From Alphaproteobacteria bacterium (GTDB taxonomy: Bacteria > Pseudomonadota > Alphaproteobacteria > UBA828), in the NCBI GenBank assembly GCA_965242855.1, contig OZ251509.1, forward strand, positions 126,869 to 190,868: 64,000 nucleotides of DNA. Direction: 5' to 3'. Positions 50,328 to 62,455 of this stretch are shown here, in pieces. The notes under the pieces are model-generated. The model had not been told where the DNA came from. It searched no databases and was given only the letters and a program-made list of their open reading frames with translations. Position 1 is the first letter of the stretch, and every line of letters begins with the position of its first letter. The position numbers were made by a program, and so were the translations under genes.

Positions 50328-51371
50328 CTACGGGTCGCGCCCCAGGGCGGCCATCAGGGCGCGCCATTCACGCGCGTTCAGCCCGCTCGTTTCCCGGTCG
50401 ACCGCTTCCCCGGCCACCATGCGCCGGACCACGGCGAGGGCGTCCGCCGAGAGCGAAACCGCGTCGCGCACGTAGTCCCGGAACGCCCGGTGCGTCTCCG
50501 GGACCCAGCGCGCGACGACGTCATCCAGGATCCTCTCGGCATAGGCGCGGATTTCATACTGCGCATGCGCGTCGGCCCGGAGCGCGAGGAAGTGCAGGAG
50601 GTTGTGCAGATCGCTCTTCCAGTAGAACTGCGTGTAGTAGTTGACGGGAAGCACCGTCCGCGCGAGCTCGCGGGCGATTCCGGCGCGCTCCGGGTCCTTG
50701 CGCGCGCCGGTCTCGTCCTCGTTGAGCAGGTTCTCGTAGACGCCGTAGGACGTCTTGGAATGCGCGTTGATGCGCGAGAGCGCTTTGGTCGCTTCCTCTT
50801 TCGCCAGCGCGCCTTCTCGACCCTGCTTGTTGGACCTGGATTGAGTCAGAAGCGCCTTCCGCCTGCCCGTTACCTCACCCGTCTCGAACAAGTCGGTCAT
50901 ACCGGTGCGGCTGCTGCGCTGACGCTTTATCTGCTCCTCCAATATGGGTTGAAGATGCGCCGCGTCGGGAACGTAGAACTCGCGGTCCAGCCGGGAGTAG
51001 CGCGCGGAATACTCGTTGACGCTGGCGGTGCGGTGGCGGAGCCACTGCCGCGCGACGAAGAGCGGCAGTTTGACGTGCAGCTTGATCTCGCACATCTCGA
51101 ACGGCGTCGTGTGCCGGTGGCGCAGGAGATAGCGGATCAGGTCCCGGTCCTCCCGCGCCTTCCGCGTGCCCCGCCCGTAGGAGACCCGCGCCGCTTGGAC
51201 GATCGCCGAATCGTCGCCCATGTAGTCGATCACCCGGACGAAACCATGATCGAGCACCTCCAGGGGCCGGTAGAGGATGTCCTCCAGCGCCGGCACGATG
51301 ACGCGCCGGGTCTCGCACGCCGCCGCGCGCTGGGCCTCGATCTCGGCCGGGCCGCCTTCGTCGATCGGCAT
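50328..51371 (-). CDS. thyX: FAD-dependent thymidylate synthase ThyX (with internal insertion)
   Basis: ThyX signature [15 protein letters not shown] (RHRxxS), …[19 protein letters not shown]…; 347 aa, longer than typical ThyX. Confidence 0.85.
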   Translation of the reverse strand: MPIDEGGPAEIEAQRAAACETRRVIVPALEDILYRPLEVLDHGFVRVIDYMGDDSAIVQAARVSYGRGTRKAREDRDLIRYLLRHRHTTPFEMCEIKLHVKLPLFVARQWLRHRTASVNEYSARYSRLDREFYVPDAAHLQPILEEQIKRQRSSRTGMTDLFETGEVTGRRKALLTQSRSNKQGREGALAKEEATKALSRINAHSKTSYGVYENLLNEDETGARKDPERAGIARELARTVLPVNYYTQFYWKSDLHNLLHFLALRADAHAQYEIRAYAERILDDVVARWVPETHRAFRDYVRDAVSLSADALAVVRRMVAGEAVDRETSGLNAREWRALMAALGRDP

Positions 51372-51462
51372 CCCGCGATCCTATGCGATTCGCGCCGCGC
51401 CGCCTTGACTCGCCCGCCCGCCCATGCGCGCATCGGGGGCGCGGGGAACACGGGGAAGGCGT

Positions 51463-52374
51463 ATGAGCGGACTCTACGACGGCCCGATCGTCGATGCCCA
51501 CCACCACCTCTGGGCGCTCGGCTCCGGTCGCTATGCGTGGCTGACCGGGGAGCCGCGCGAGACGGTCTTCGGCAACACCGCGCCGCTGATGCGCGACTAC
51601 GGGCTCGCCGACTATCTGGCGGACATGGCCGGCGTCGCTCCCGTCAAGTCGGTCCACATCCAGGCGAGCTTCGACGACCCGCTCGGTGAAACCCGCTGGC
51701 TCCAGGGGATCGCCGACGCGCACGGCTTCCCGCACGGGATCGTCGCCTTCGCCTCTCTCGCCGAGCCCGGCATCGAGGCCACCCTGGAGGCGCTGCGGGC
51801 GCATGCCAACGTCCGCGGCATCCGCCAGATCACGAGCTGGCACCGCAACCCGGCCTGGACCTTCACGGACCGCGCCGACCTCATGCAGGACCCTGCCTGG
51901 CGCCGGGGCTTCGGCCTGCTGCGCAAGCACGATCTCCCCTTCGACATGATGATCTATTCCGGGCAGTTGGGCGACGCGCTCGCGCTCGCCCGCGCTTTCC
52001 CCGACACCCAAATCCTCCTCAACCACACCGGCAGCCCCGCCGACCGCGACGCGGACGGCATAAGGGGATGGCGCGAAGGCATGACCGCCCTCGCGCGGGC
52101 CGGGAACGTCGCCGTCAAGATCTCCGACCTCGGCGCCTACGACCACGACTGGACGGTGGAGAGCATACGGCCCTTCGTCCTGCACGCGATCGAGGCCTTC
52201 GGCGTCGCGCGCTGCATGTTCGCGAGCGACTTTCCGGTGGCCGGGCTGCACGGTGGCGCGGACGCCGTGTACGGCGCCTTCAAGACCATCGTCGCCGACC
52301 TGAACGCGGACGAGCAGCGGGCGCTCTTCCACGACAACGCGCTCCGCTTCTACCGGCTGGATCGCGACCGGTAG
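51463..52374 (+). CDS. Amidohydrolase-2 family metal-dependent TIM-barrel hydrolase
   Basis: N-terminal …IVDAHHHLW… metal-binding motif; …ILLNHTGSP…; …MFASDFPV… C-terminal motif. Confidence 0.75.
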   Translation: MSGLYDGPIVDAHHHLWALGSGRYAWLTGEPRETVFGNTAPLMRDYGLADYLADMAGVAPVKSVHIQASFDDPLGETRWLQGIADAHGFPHGIVAFASLAEPGIEATLEALRAHANVRGIRQITSWHRNPAWTFTDRADLMQDPAWRRGFGLLRKHDLPFDMMIYSGQLGDALALARAFPDTQILLNHTGSPADRDADGIRGWREGMTALARAGNVAVKISDLGAYDHDWTVESIRPFVLHAIEAFGVARCMFASDFPVAGLHGGADAVYGAFKTIVADLNADEQRALFHDNALRFYRLDRDR

Positions 52375-52518
52375 AGGGGAACCAAGGCCGGCCCTGCAAC
52401 GCGAACCGGGAGGAACCGTCCATGCTCGCTGCTGCTTTTCCGACGCGACGCGCAAGCTGTTCCCGGCGGCGCAAGCCTGGAGTGCTTCCGAAGTGAGTGT
52501 GAGAAACGCGCCATCCGC

Positions 52519-52640
52519 CGGCGCGAACCTTGGCGCGCGATGAAGACGGCGCGACTCCCTTCGGCTATGCGAGAAGACACAACGAGGCGTTGCAGGGAAC
52601 CGAGGCTTACTGGCGGTTGAACGAAGCCCGGTTCAAGTAG
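52519..52640 (+). pseudogene. Degenerate 3' remnant of an ankyrin-repeat gene (paralogous to the 3' end of 36850..37782)
   Basis: About 120 nt alignable with 37660-37782: …DEDGATPFGYARRHNEALQGTEAYWRLNEARFK* versus …DYDGFTPFDYAQENDALKGTEAYWLLNEGRFE*; upstream frame is broken. Confidence 0.6.
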
Positions 52641-53607
52641 ACCCGCCCCTGCCCCCCGGTTGTGGGCCGGATCGCGCTGTCGGCCCGACGCCGACGAAGG
52701 CGTCGAAGCGGGCGAAAAAAGCCGCGCGGACGGAGTCGGTCTCCATCAGGAGTTCGTGGCGTGCGGCGGGAATCGTGACGAACGCGCAGTCGGGTAGGCG
52801 CGCGGCGAGGCGGGCCTGGGCGGCGTTCGAGACCACCCGGTCGGCGCCGGCGGCGACGATCAGGACGGGCAGGCGGACGGCCGCCGCAAAGCCCGCGCGC
52901 CGCAGGACGGCGGCCGAGCGCATGGTGGCGGCGAGCCAGCCCAGGGTCGGCCAGCCGACGGCCAGCGCCGGGTTTTCGCGCAGCAGCGCCTCGTTGCGCG
53001 CGAAGCGGCGACGGTCGCGCGTGAGCGGGTTGCCGTCGAAGGCCGGCGGGTAACCGGCCCCGCCCGGCGCGGCGCATGCGCCCAACCCTAGCGCCACGGC
53101 GGCGCCGGCGAGCACGACGGCCAGCGCGCGGCGCGCAGGCCCCAGGGCGAGAGCGATCAGCGGCGCGGCGAGGACCAGCCGGTCCGCGAACCAGGGCGCG
53201 GGGCGGCGGGCGGCGAAATGGGCGGCGCAATGGCGGAGCGCGACATGCGCCCCCATCGAATGGGCCAGCACCACGATCGGACGCGGGGCGGCGGGGAGGA
53301 CGATCCGCTCCAGGAAGCGATCGAGATCTGCGAGATAGTCTTCGTAGCGCCCGACATGGCCCTTGCGCGGGTCGGCGAGCGCCCGGCCCGAGCCGCCCTG
53401 ACCGCGCCAGTCGAACGAGAACACGGCGCAGCCCCGGGCCTGCAGGTCGCCCGCCGTCTCGCCATATTTCTCGATGAATTCGGCGCGCCCTTGCAGGAGC
53501 ACCACGGAGCCCCCGGCGGCGCCCGCCGGCGCGGGCCAGAGCGCCGCGCGCAGGCGCGCGCCGTCGCCGGCCTCGAGCGTGGCGAAGCGGGGGGCCGGCC
53601 CGCGCAC
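52633..53607 (-). CDS. Alpha/beta hydrolase (lysophospholipase-like)
   Basis: …VLAHSMGAHVAL… (G-x-S-x-G nucleophile elbow), …PVLIVAAGADRVV…, …ARHELL…. Confidence 0.75.
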   Translation of the reverse strand: MRGPAPRFATLEAGDGARLRAALWPAPAGAAGGSVVLLQGRAEFIEKYGETAGDLQARGCAVFSFDWRGQGGSGRALADPRKGHVGRYEDYLADLDRFLERIVLPAAPRPIVVLAHSMGAHVALRHCAAHFAARRPAPWFADRLVLAAPLIALALGPARRALAVVLAGAAVALGLGACAAPGGAGYPPAFDGNPLTRDRRRFARNEALLRENPALAVGWPTLGWLAATMRSAAVLRRAGFAAAVRLPVLIVAAGADRVVSNAAQARLAARLPDCAFVTIPAARHELLMETDSVRAAFFARFDAFVGVGPTARSGPQPGGRGGST

Positions 53608-53613
53608 CGGGCT

Positions 53614-54561
53614 TCAGCCGCCGGGCGCGGCGGGAAGCAGGCCCTCTTCGCGCATCCAGGCGCAGAGATCGGCGAACATGGCGCGTAGCGGGACGGGCTT
53701 GAAGCCGAGTTCGCGGATCGCCTTGTCGCAGTTCAGGATCTGGGTCCGCTCCATCATGAACCGGACCTCCGGGCTGGCGTCCGGATCGGGTTCGCGCGCC
53801 GGGCGCGGCGGCTTGGCGCCGGTGAGTTCGGCGACGACGCGGGCGGCCTCCGCGAAGCGCGCGACGGCGCCGGCGAGGAGGTAACGCTCGCCGCGCCGGC
53901 CCTTGTGGTAGGCGGCGATGTGGGCCCTGGCCGTCTCGTCGACGTGGCAGAAGCTGCCGCCGCCGGTGCCGACCGTGGCCATGGCACCGCGGGCGATGGC
54001 CTGGACGAAGGGCCCCCAGATCACCCGGTCGTAGGGGCCGACCACGCTGCCCGGATTCACGCACACCGCGTCGAGGCCGGAGGCCGCCGCTTCGAGCACC
54101 ATGTCCTCTGCCGCCTTCTTGGTGCGGAAGTAGTTGATCGGGATGGCGTCCGCGTTGGAGGGCGCGGCCTCGTCGATCTCCACGCCGTCGTGGAGGCCGA
54201 AGGCGGCGCCGGTCGAGGTATGGACGAAGCGCCCGGCGCCTTTCGCCCGCGCCGCCTCGATCACCGCGCGGGTGCCGTCCACGTTGGCGCGGGTCTGGTC
54301 GTCGTCGCCTGCCGCCGCGAAGCTGACGTTGCCGGCGACGTGGAAGACGGCGTCGACGCCCTCCGGCATGGCCCGCGTCACGGACTCGCGGTCCGCCACG
54401 TCGCCCACCGCGAGCGCCGCCGGGAAACGCCGCAGGTAGGTGAGGTCCGAGCGCGCGCGGTGCATCGCCGTCACCGACCAGCCGGCCTCGTCCAGCCGCT
54501 TCACCAGGTTGACGCCGATGAACCCCGAGGCGCCGGTGACGAAGGCGGTCTTCCCGGTCAT
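53614..54561 (-). CDS. NAD(P)-dependent epimerase/dehydratase-family (extended SDR) protein
   Basis: VTGASGFIGVNLVKRL (GxxGxxG), …YFRTKKAAE… (YxxxK). Confidence 0.8.
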   Translation of the reverse strand: MTGKTAFVTGASGFIGVNLVKRLDEAGWSVTAMHRARSDLTYLRRFPAALAVGDVADRESVTRAMPEGVDAVFHVAGNVSFAAAGDDDQTRANVDGTRAVIEAARAKGAGRFVHTSTGAAFGLHDGVEIDEAAPSNADAIPINYFRTKKAAEDMVLEAAASGLDAVCVNPGSVVGPYDRVIWGPFVQAIARGAMATVGTGGGSFCHVDETARAHIAAYHKGRRGERYLLAGAVARFAEAARVVAELTGAKPPRPAREPDPDASPEVRFMMERTQILNCDKAIRELGFKPVPLRAMFADLCAWMREEGLLPAAPGG

Positions 54562-54589
54562 GCGTCTCTCCCCGTTGCGGCGCCGCGGC

Positions 54590-56098
54590 TCACCGCCAGA
54601 CCGGCTTGCCGCTGCCCGACAGCCCGTAGGATTCCCACTTGTCGGTCACCGCCCGCACCACGTCGTCGGCCATGCGGATGCGCGTTCCCCAGGTCCGGCT
54701 CGTCTCGGGCGGGAGCTTGCTCGTCGCGTCGAGGCCGATCTTGGCGCCGAGGCCCGCTTGCGGGCTCGCGAAATCGAGATAGTCGATGGGCGTATTCTCG
54801 ATGATCGCGATGTCGCGCGCCGGGTCCATGCGCGTCGCAACGGCCCACATCACGTCCTTCCAGTCGCGCGCGTCGATGTCGTCGTCCACCACGATCACCC
54901 ATTTCGTATACATGAACTGCCGGAGATAGGACCAGACGGCCATCATGATCCTCCGGGCCTGGCCGGCGTAGGTCTTCCGGATCGCGACCACGGCGATGCG
55001 GTAGCTGCACCCTTCCGGCGGCAACCAGAAATCGACGATCTCGGGGAACTGCTGCGCGAGCAGAGGAACGAAGACCTCGTTGAGCGCCGCGCCGAGGACG
55101 CTCGGCTCGTCCGGCGGGCGACCGGTATAGGTCGAAAGGTAGATCGGGTCGCGCCGCATGGTGATGGCCGAGACGGTGAACACAGGGAAGGGCTCGACCG
55201 CGTTGTAGTAACCGGTGTGGTCGCCGTAGGGGCCCTCGTCGCGGTAGTCGTCCAGGCTGACGTGCCCCTCGATGACGATCTCGGCCTCGGCCGGAACCTC
55301 GAGCGGCACGGTTTTCGCCCGCACCAGCGCGACCTTGGCCCCGCGCAGGAGCCCGGCGAAGCGGTATTCCGAGAGCGTGTCCGGCACCGGCGTCACCGCC
55401 GCCAGGATGGTGCCGGGGTCAGCGCCGATCACCGCCGCGGCGGGGAGCGGCGCGCGCCTCGAAGCCGCCCAGCGCCGGTGCTGTTGGGCGCCGCCCCGGT
55501 GCGCGAGCCAGCGCATCAGCGTCTTGTCGCGCTCCAGCACCTGCATCCGGTAGATGCCGAGGTTGTAATCGTCTTCGCGGGCACCGCCCGGTCCCTTCGT
55601 CACGACCAGCGGCCAGGTGATCAGCGGCGCCGGTTCGCCGGGCCAGCAGGTCTGAATCGGCAGGCGGGAGAGGTCGATCTCCCCGCCGGTGAGCACCACG
55701 TCCTGGGCCGGTCCGTCGCCCACGGTCTTCGGCTTCATCGCCCGCACGGCGTTGAGCAGCGGCAGCATCCCCACGGCCTCGCGCCAGCCGCCCGGCGGCT
55801 CCGGCTGGCGCAGGAAGGCGAGGGTCTCGCCGACCGCGCGGAGGTCGCCGGGCTCCCGGTTCATGCCCCAGGCGACGCGCTCGATCGTTCCGAACAGGTT
55901 GACCAGCACCGGCGCGTCGTAGCGCGCGCCGTCCGCGCCCGTGGCGTTCTCGAAGAGCACGGCCGGCCCGCCTTCCGCGATCAGACGGGTCTGGATCTCG
56001 GTCATTTCGAGATGGGTGGAGACCGGCGCCGAAACCCGCTCGAGCCGGCCAGCGCCCTCCAGGCGGGCGATGAAGTCGCGCAACGATCGATAGGCCAT
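54590..56098 (-). CDS. UbiD-family (prenyl-FMN-dependent) decarboxylase
   Basis: Start [14 protein letters not shown]; about 500 aa with UbiD family blocks (…[10 protein letters not shown]…, …[11 protein letters not shown]…). Confidence 0.85.
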   Translation of the reverse strand: MAYRSLRDFIARLEGAGRLERVSAPVSTHLEMTEIQTRLIAEGGPAVLFENATGADGARYDAPVLVNLFGTIERVAWGMNREPGDLRAVGETLAFLRQPEPPGGWREAVGMLPLLNAVRAMKPKTVGDGPAQDVVLTGGEIDLSRLPIQTCWPGEPAPLITWPLVVTKGPGGAREDDYNLGIYRMQVLERDKTLMRWLAHRGGAQQHRRWAASRRAPLPAAAVIGADPGTILAAVTPVPDTLSEYRFAGLLRGAKVALVRAKTVPLEVPAEAEIVIEGHVSLDDYRDEGPYGDHTGYYNAVEPFPVFTVSAITMRRDPIYLSTYTGRPPDEPSVLGAALNEVFVPLLAQQFPEIVDFWLPPEGCSYRIAVVAIRKTYAGQARRIMMAVWSYLRQFMYTKWVIVVDDDIDARDWKDVMWAVATRMDPARDIAIIENTPIDYLDFASPQAGLGAKIGLDATSKLPPETSRTWGTRIRMADDVVRAVTDKWESYGLSGSGKPVWR

Positions 56099-56283
56099 GG
56101 GCGCCCCGATCCGCCGGGATGCGCCGGCGCGTCGGGCTCCGCGGGCGCGGGCGGCGGCGCAGAACCGGCACCATTCTACCGCCGCCCGCCGCGGGCGACC
56201 AATCCGCCGGTTGACGGCCCGGAGAGGGGGCGGCATGGTGCGCGCGTCGGGGCGCGGGCGCGCGGGACAGGGCGGCGGAGCGG

Positions 56284-58293
56284 ATGCCTTCCAGAGCGAT
56301 CGAGGAGTCCCGCCCGCGCGCCGATCACGCGGCGCTGGCGAATGCCATCCGCGCGTTGTCGATGGACGCCGTGGAGCGCGCCAAATCCGGCCATCCGGGC
56401 ATGCCGCTCGGCCTCGCCGACGTGGCGACCGTGCTCTTCCGCCGGTTCCTGAAATTCGACCCCTCGCGGCCGCACTGGCCCGATCGGGACCGCTTCGTCC
56501 TCTCGGCCGGCCACGGCTCGATGCTGCTCTACGCGCTGCTCTATCTCACCGGCTACCCGGACATCGACATCGAGGAGATCCGGAACTTCCGACAGCTGGG
56601 CAGCCGGACCGCCGGCCACCCCGAGCGCGGGCTCGCCGCCGGAATCGAGACGACCACGGGACCGCTGGGCCAGGGGCTCGCGAACGCGGTCGGCATGGCG
56701 CTGGCCGAGCGGAACATGGCGGCGCGCTTCGGCGACGACCTGGTGGATCACCGCACCTATGCCGTCGCCGGCGACGGCTGCCTGATGGAGGGGATCAGCC
56801 AGGAGGCAATTTCCCTCGCCGGCCACCTGAAGCTCGACCGCCTGACCATCCTCTACGACAGCAACGGGGTCTCGATCGACGGCCCGACCGGCCTCGCCTC
56901 CTCCGACGATGCCGTGGCCCGCTTCGAGGCCGCGGGCTGGCACGCCCAGCGAGCGGACGGCCACGACCCGGAGGCGATCGATGCGGCGCTCGCCGCCGCC
57001 GCCGCCGCGCCCGCGCCCGCGCTGATCGAGTGCCGCACGGTGATCGGCTATGGAGCGCCGGCCAAGGCGGGGACGGCGGCCTGCCACGGGGCGCCGTTGG
57101 GCACGGGCGAGATCGCCGGTGCGCGCGAGGCGCTGGGCTGGCCGCATCCGCCCTTCCTGGTGCCGCCCGACATTCTCGCCGCCTGGCGCGCCGCCGGCGC
57201 CCGCGGCGCGGCGGTGCGGACGGCGTGGGAGGCGCGCCGCGCCGCGCTGGACGGAAGCGAGCGGGCGGCCTTCGACGCGGCCGTCGCGGGCGGCGTACCG
57301 AGCGCCGTCGGCACCGCGCTCGCCGCGCTCAAGGAACGCCTTCTGGAGGAGCGGCCGACCGTCGCCACGCGGGCCGCGAGCAAGCGGGCGCTCGCCGCGG
57401 CGGCCGACGCGCTGCCCGTCCTGATCGGCGGCTCGGCGGACCTCTCCGATTCCAACGGCGTGAAACCCGCCGGAATGGCGACGATTGCGCCCGGCGATTA
57501 CGGCGGGCGCTACCTCCATTACGGCGTGCGCGAGCACGCCATGGGGGCGATCATGAACGGCATGGCGCTCCACGGCGGCGTCATCCCCTATGGCGGCAGC
57601 TTCCTCGTGTTCACCGATTATTGCCGGCCCGCCCTGCGGCTCTCGGCGTTGATGCGTCTCCGCGTCATCTACGTGATGACCCACGATTCGATCGGCCTCG
57701 GCGAGGATGGCCCGACGCATCAGCCCTGCGAGCATCTCGCCGGCCTCAGGGCGATCCCCAACCTCCTCCTGTTCCGGCCGGCCGACGCGGTCGAGACGAC
57801 GGAGTGCTGGGAATTGGCGCTGGCGAACGCCGAGCGGCCGTCCGTCCTGGTGCTGACGCGCCAAGCGGTGCCCTGCCTGCGCGAGGGCGGCACCGGCAAC
57901 GCCTGCGCGCGCGGAGGGTACGTCCTGCGCGAGGCGTCGGGCGGGCGACCACGGGCGGTCCTGCTCGCGACCGGTTCCGAATGCGCGGTCGCCGCGGAGG
58001 CGCGGCGCACGCTTGAAGCGGACGGCGTCCCGACCCGGCTCGTCTCCCTCCCCTGCTGGGCGCTCTTCGACCAGCAGGACGAAGCCTACCGCCAGGACGT
58101 GCTCGGCGACGCCGGGGCGGTGCGGGTCGCCGTCGAGGCGGCGAGCCCGCTCGGCTGGGACCGCCATGTCGGACCGGCAGGCGCCATGGTGGGCATGTGC
58201 GACTTCGGCGCTTCGGCACCGGCGCAGGACCTCTACGCCCATTTCGGCATCACGGCGGAGGCGGTCGTCGCCGCGGTGCGGGAGCGGTTGTAG
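56284..58293 (+). CDS. tkt: Transketolase
   Basis: …[18 protein letters not shown]…, …[13 protein letters not shown]…, TPP- and pyrimidine-binding domains; 669 aa. Confidence 0.95.
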   Translation: MPSRAIEESRPRADHAALANAIRALSMDAVERAKSGHPGMPLGLADVATVLFRRFLKFDPSRPHWPDRDRFVLSAGHGSMLLYALLYLTGYPDIDIEEIRNFRQLGSRTAGHPERGLAAGIETTTGPLGQGLANAVGMALAERNMAARFGDDLVDHRTYAVAGDGCLMEGISQEAISLAGHLKLDRLTILYDSNGVSIDGPTGLASSDDAVARFEAAGWHAQRADGHDPEAIDAALAAAAAAPAPALIECRTVIGYGAPAKAGTAACHGAPLGTGEIAGAREALGWPHPPFLVPPDILAAWRAAGARGAAVRTAWEARRAALDGSERAAFDAAVAGGVPSAVGTALAALKERLLEERPTVATRAASKRALAAAADALPVLIGGSADLSDSNGVKPAGMATIAPGDYGGRYLHYGVREHAMGAIMNGMALHGGVIPYGGSFLVFTDYCRPALRLSALMRLRVIYVMTHDSIGLGEDGPTHQPCEHLAGLRAIPNLLLFRPADAVETTECWELALANAERPSVLVLTRQAVPCLREGGTGNACARGGYVLREASGGRPRAVLLATGSECAVAAEARRTLEADGVPTRLVSLPCWALFDQQDEAYRQDVLGDAGAVRVAVEAASPLGWDRHVGPAGAMVGMCDFGASAPAQDLYAHFGITAEAVVAAVRERL

Positions 58294-58299
58294 CCGCGG

Positions 58300-59189
58300 G
58301 TGAAAAGTCGCCCGATCGACCTAATCCAGGAGAGCGCCATGATCGCTCAACGCATCGGCTCCTATGTCGAGGTCGCGCCCGGCATCGACATCTACTACGA
58401 GGACGAGGGAGAGGGGACGGCGCTGATCCTCATCCCCGGCTGGACCTTCACGACCAGGGTCTTCGACCATCAATTCGCCGCGTTTTCCGACTCCCATCGG
58501 GTCATTTCGTTCGACCCCCGCAGCCACGGCCGCTCGACGGTGACGAGCGACGGCAACAACTACGCCACCCAGGCCGTCGATCTGGCCAAGCTCCTCGAAC
58601 ATCTGAACGTCGAGAACCCGGTCATCCTGGGCTGGTCCGCGGGGGCGCTGACCGCGTGGCACCATGTCCGCAATCGGGGCACCGACGGGATTCGCGGGTT
58701 CGTCTCGATCGACATGCCGCCGCTCGGGATGAGCTGCGACCGGAGCGACTGGGTCGAGGGCGCGCTCCCCGATCTGGCGGGGTTCTTTCAGGGTGTCCAG
58801 ACCGCGCAGGGCCAGCGCGGCGTCATCACCTGGTATGCCGACAACGTCATGATCGAAGGGGCGATGACGCCGTCATGATCGAAGGGGCGATGACGCCGGA
58901 GACGACCGCCTGGATCGTCGAGCAATCCCTGGCGACGCCGCCGATCGTCGCCGCCAATCTCATCGCCGACGTGTGCTTCGCGAACTATCTGGAAGAGGCG
59001 AAGAGGGTGGACGCGGACGTCCCGGCGCTGTTCTGCGTCGCCACCCATTGGTCGGAGACGGCCAGGCCGTTTCTGGCCAGGCACTGCCCGAACGCTCGCG
59101 TCGAGGCCTTCGGCGGCCACATGATGTTCTGGGAATATTCCGAGAGGTTCAACGCACTCCTCGCGGACTTCCTCGCCACAATCGGCTGA
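58300..59189 (+). pseudogene. Alpha/beta-hydrolase gene disrupted by a perfect 26-bp tandem duplication (58846-58871 = 58872-58897), causing a frameshift
   Basis: Frame A (58300..58878) ends …WYADNVMIEGAMTPS*; frame B continues …VMIEGAMTPETTAWIVEQ… to 59189. Removing one copy of gtcatgatcgaaggggcgatgacgcc restores a single ~290-aa ORF with HGRS/GWSAG nucleophile elbow. Confidence 0.7.
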
Positions 59190-59394
59190 ACGCCGCATGT
59201 CCGCGCCGCTCGATCGAGCCGACGATCCTCTCGTCTCCGGGGGCCGGTACGGTGGGCGAACGCGCATGACGGTCCTTCCGGCAGCTCTCCAATCAAGGCG
59301 CGATCTTGACCGGGAGGGCGTGTCCCGATGGCCTGCGACGTTGTGACGTTCTCTCGCTTTCGGGGCCGGTGAAGCAAGCAGAGGCGTCCGATCC

Positions 59395-59856
59395 GTGAAT
59401 CTGGAGCAGACATTGAGGAATGCGGTCGGCCGCCGCCGCTCCGGTCAACTGGACAACGAGGCGCAGGTAAAGCACGCAGTCATACTGCCGATCCCTGCAT
59501 GCGTTGGAGTGGGGCTACGCCGATTCTGGACCGGTCAAGGCCGAGTATTCGCAGGATCCGGCCGCGTTGACTACGCGCACCAAGATAGCACCTCAAGCAC
59601 TTCAGAATCGTTAGAGATTGTTGAAGGTGCACATGAAAAGACAAGCAAGTCGTCTTCGCAACTCATACAAGGTAATGCGAAGAGCGGGGAGATACCTCAA
59701 GACATTGTGCGCGATTTGATGCACGTAATATTGGAGACACCTGGACTATTAAACGAGAAAACCATTCTTTATTTGGAAAGCAAAAAGAATTCCGTGGGAA
59801 CAGAGTTGCCCCTTCCCTGTGATTCGAAAAATCTCGGAATGAGCGAAAATCAGTGA
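59395..59856 (+). CDS. Orphan ORF in an AT-rich island (hypothetical; possibly a decayed fragment)
   Basis: Region about 59560-59940 is much more AT-rich than surroundings; ORF has no recognisable domain. Confidence 0.2.
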   Translation: MNLEQTLRNAVGRRRSGQLDNEAQVKHAVILPIPACVGVGLRRFWTGQGRVFAGSGRVDYAHQDSTSSTSESLEIVEGAHEKTSKSSSQLIQGNAKSGEIPQDIVRDLMHVILETPGLLNEKTILYLESKKNSVGTELPLPCDSKNLGMSENQ

Positions 59857-60230
59857 GTATAACCGGTAATGGACGACAAAAACATATGCCGAGCGGTGGT
59901 ATGTATGCAAAGAGTAGTGGAAGAAGCATCATCGTCATAATTACGAGAAACTAGCCGAGTGGAGCGAGTCGTTGATGGCTGTCGCAGACGATCCCAAAGC
60001 GAGGGATTGTTTGGCACGCATAGCGTACCGGCTTTCTGCCTGTGCCGACAAGTACGAGTCGTGAATCCGCTGTTCAGCGTGGAATGTCGACTCCCCATTG
60101 GCGGGCGCGCCCTTTCCTTCCTTCCTGCGGCTTGGAACACGAGCGGATCCGGGTTACGGTCCGCCCGCGTCGGCCGCCTCGCCAAGTTCGAGGCATCCGG
60201 GCCGAGCGGCGTATCGGGAGCGGAGGGAGC

Positions 60231-61235
<1,005 letters not shown>

Positions 61236-61237
61236 CG

Positions 61238-62455
61238 GTGCCGGCCGCGCGGACGTTCCGCTCTCTCGACGATATCGAGGTCACCGGCAAGCGCGTCCTC
61301 GTCCGGGTCGACCTCAACGTGCCGATGCGTGAGGAGGCGGTGGGCGATACCACCCGCATCGACCGGGTGGCGCCGACCTTGGCCGAGCTGGCGGACAGGC
61401 GCGCGCGGGTCGTCGCCATGTCCCATTTCGGCCGGCCGCGGGGCAAGGCGGTCGCCGCCATGTCGCTGGCGCCGCTCCGGGCACCGCTTTCCCGCGCGCT
61501 CGGCGGCCGGCCGGTCCGTTTCGCCCCCGACTGCATCGGCGCCGAGGCCGCCGCCGCCGTGGAGTCGCTCGCGCCCGGTGGCGTCGCCCTCCTGGAGAAC
61601 CTGCGCTTCCACGAGGGCGAGGAGGCGAACGATCCGGGCTTCGCCGCCGCCCTCGCCGCCCTCGCCGACGTCTACGTCAACGACGCCTTCTCGGCCGCGC
61701 ACCGCGCCCATGCCTCGACGACCGCCGTGGCGGCGCGCCTGCCGAGCGCGGCCGGGCGTCTCATGCAGGCCGAGCTGGAAACCTTGAGCGAGGCCTTTCG
61801 CGACTCCGCACGGCCCGTCGTCGCCGTCGTGGGCGGCGCCAAGGTCTCGACCAAGCTCACGCTTCTCACCAACCTGACCGAGCGGGCCGATTCCCTGGTC
61901 GTGGGCGGCGGGATGGCGAACACCTTCCTCCAGGCACAGGGGTTCCCGGTCGGCAAATCGCTCTGCGAACCCGCCCTCGCGGCGGACGCGCGCCGGATCA
62001 TGCGCGCCGCCGCGGACAGGGGGTGCGACATCCTGCTGCCGCCGGACGCGATGGTCGCGCGGCGGTTCGAGGAGAATGGCGAAGCCCGCGCGGTGCCCGC
62101 CGACGCGGTGCCCGAGGACGGAATGATCCTCGACTTGGGACCTCGCGCCGCGGCCCGGATCGAGGAACGCCTCGCCGCCGCACGCACCCTGCTGTGGAAC
62201 GGCCCGCTCGGGGCCTTCGAGATCCCGCCCTTCGACGGCGCGACGGTCGCTTGCGCCCGCGCGGCCGCGCGTCTGACCCGGGCCGGGGGGTTGCGCTCCA
62301 TCGCCGGCGGCGGCGACACGATCGCGGCGCTCCGCCACGCCGGGGTCTTCGACTCCTTCAGCTACGTCTCGACCGCCGGCGGCGCCTTTCTGCACTGGCT
62401 CGAGGGGCGGACGCTGCCCGGTGTCGCCGCGCTGGCGATCGAAGGCGTCGCATGA
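61238..62455 (+). CDS. pgk: Phosphoglycerate kinase (GTG start)
   Basis: …RTFRSLDDIEVTGKRVLVRVDLNVP…, …GGGMANTFL…, …STAGGAFLHWLEG…. Confidence 0.95.
   Translation: MPAARTFRSLDDIEVTGKRVLVRVDLNVPMREEAVGDTTRIDRVAPTLAELADRRARVVAMSHFGRPRGKAVAAMSLAPLRAPLSRALGGRPVRFAPDCIGAEAAAAVESLAPGGVALLENLRFHEGEEANDPGFAAALAALADVYVNDAFSAAHRAHASTTAVAARLPSAAGRLMQAELETLSEAFRDSARPVVAVVGGAKVSTKLTLLTNLTERADSLVVGGGMANTFLQAQGFPVGKSLCEPALAADARRIMRAAADRGCDILLPPDAMVARRFEENGEARAVPADAVPEDGMILDLGPRAAARIEERLAAARTLLWNGPLGAFEIPPFDGATVACARAAARLTRAGGLRSIAGGGDTIAALRHAGVFDSFSYVSTAGGAFLHWLEGRTLPGVAALAIEGVA

Noticed and set aside
56176-58242. 688-aa minus-strand ORF opposite transketolase
   Set aside because: Antisense to an unmistakable tkt gene; no motifs.
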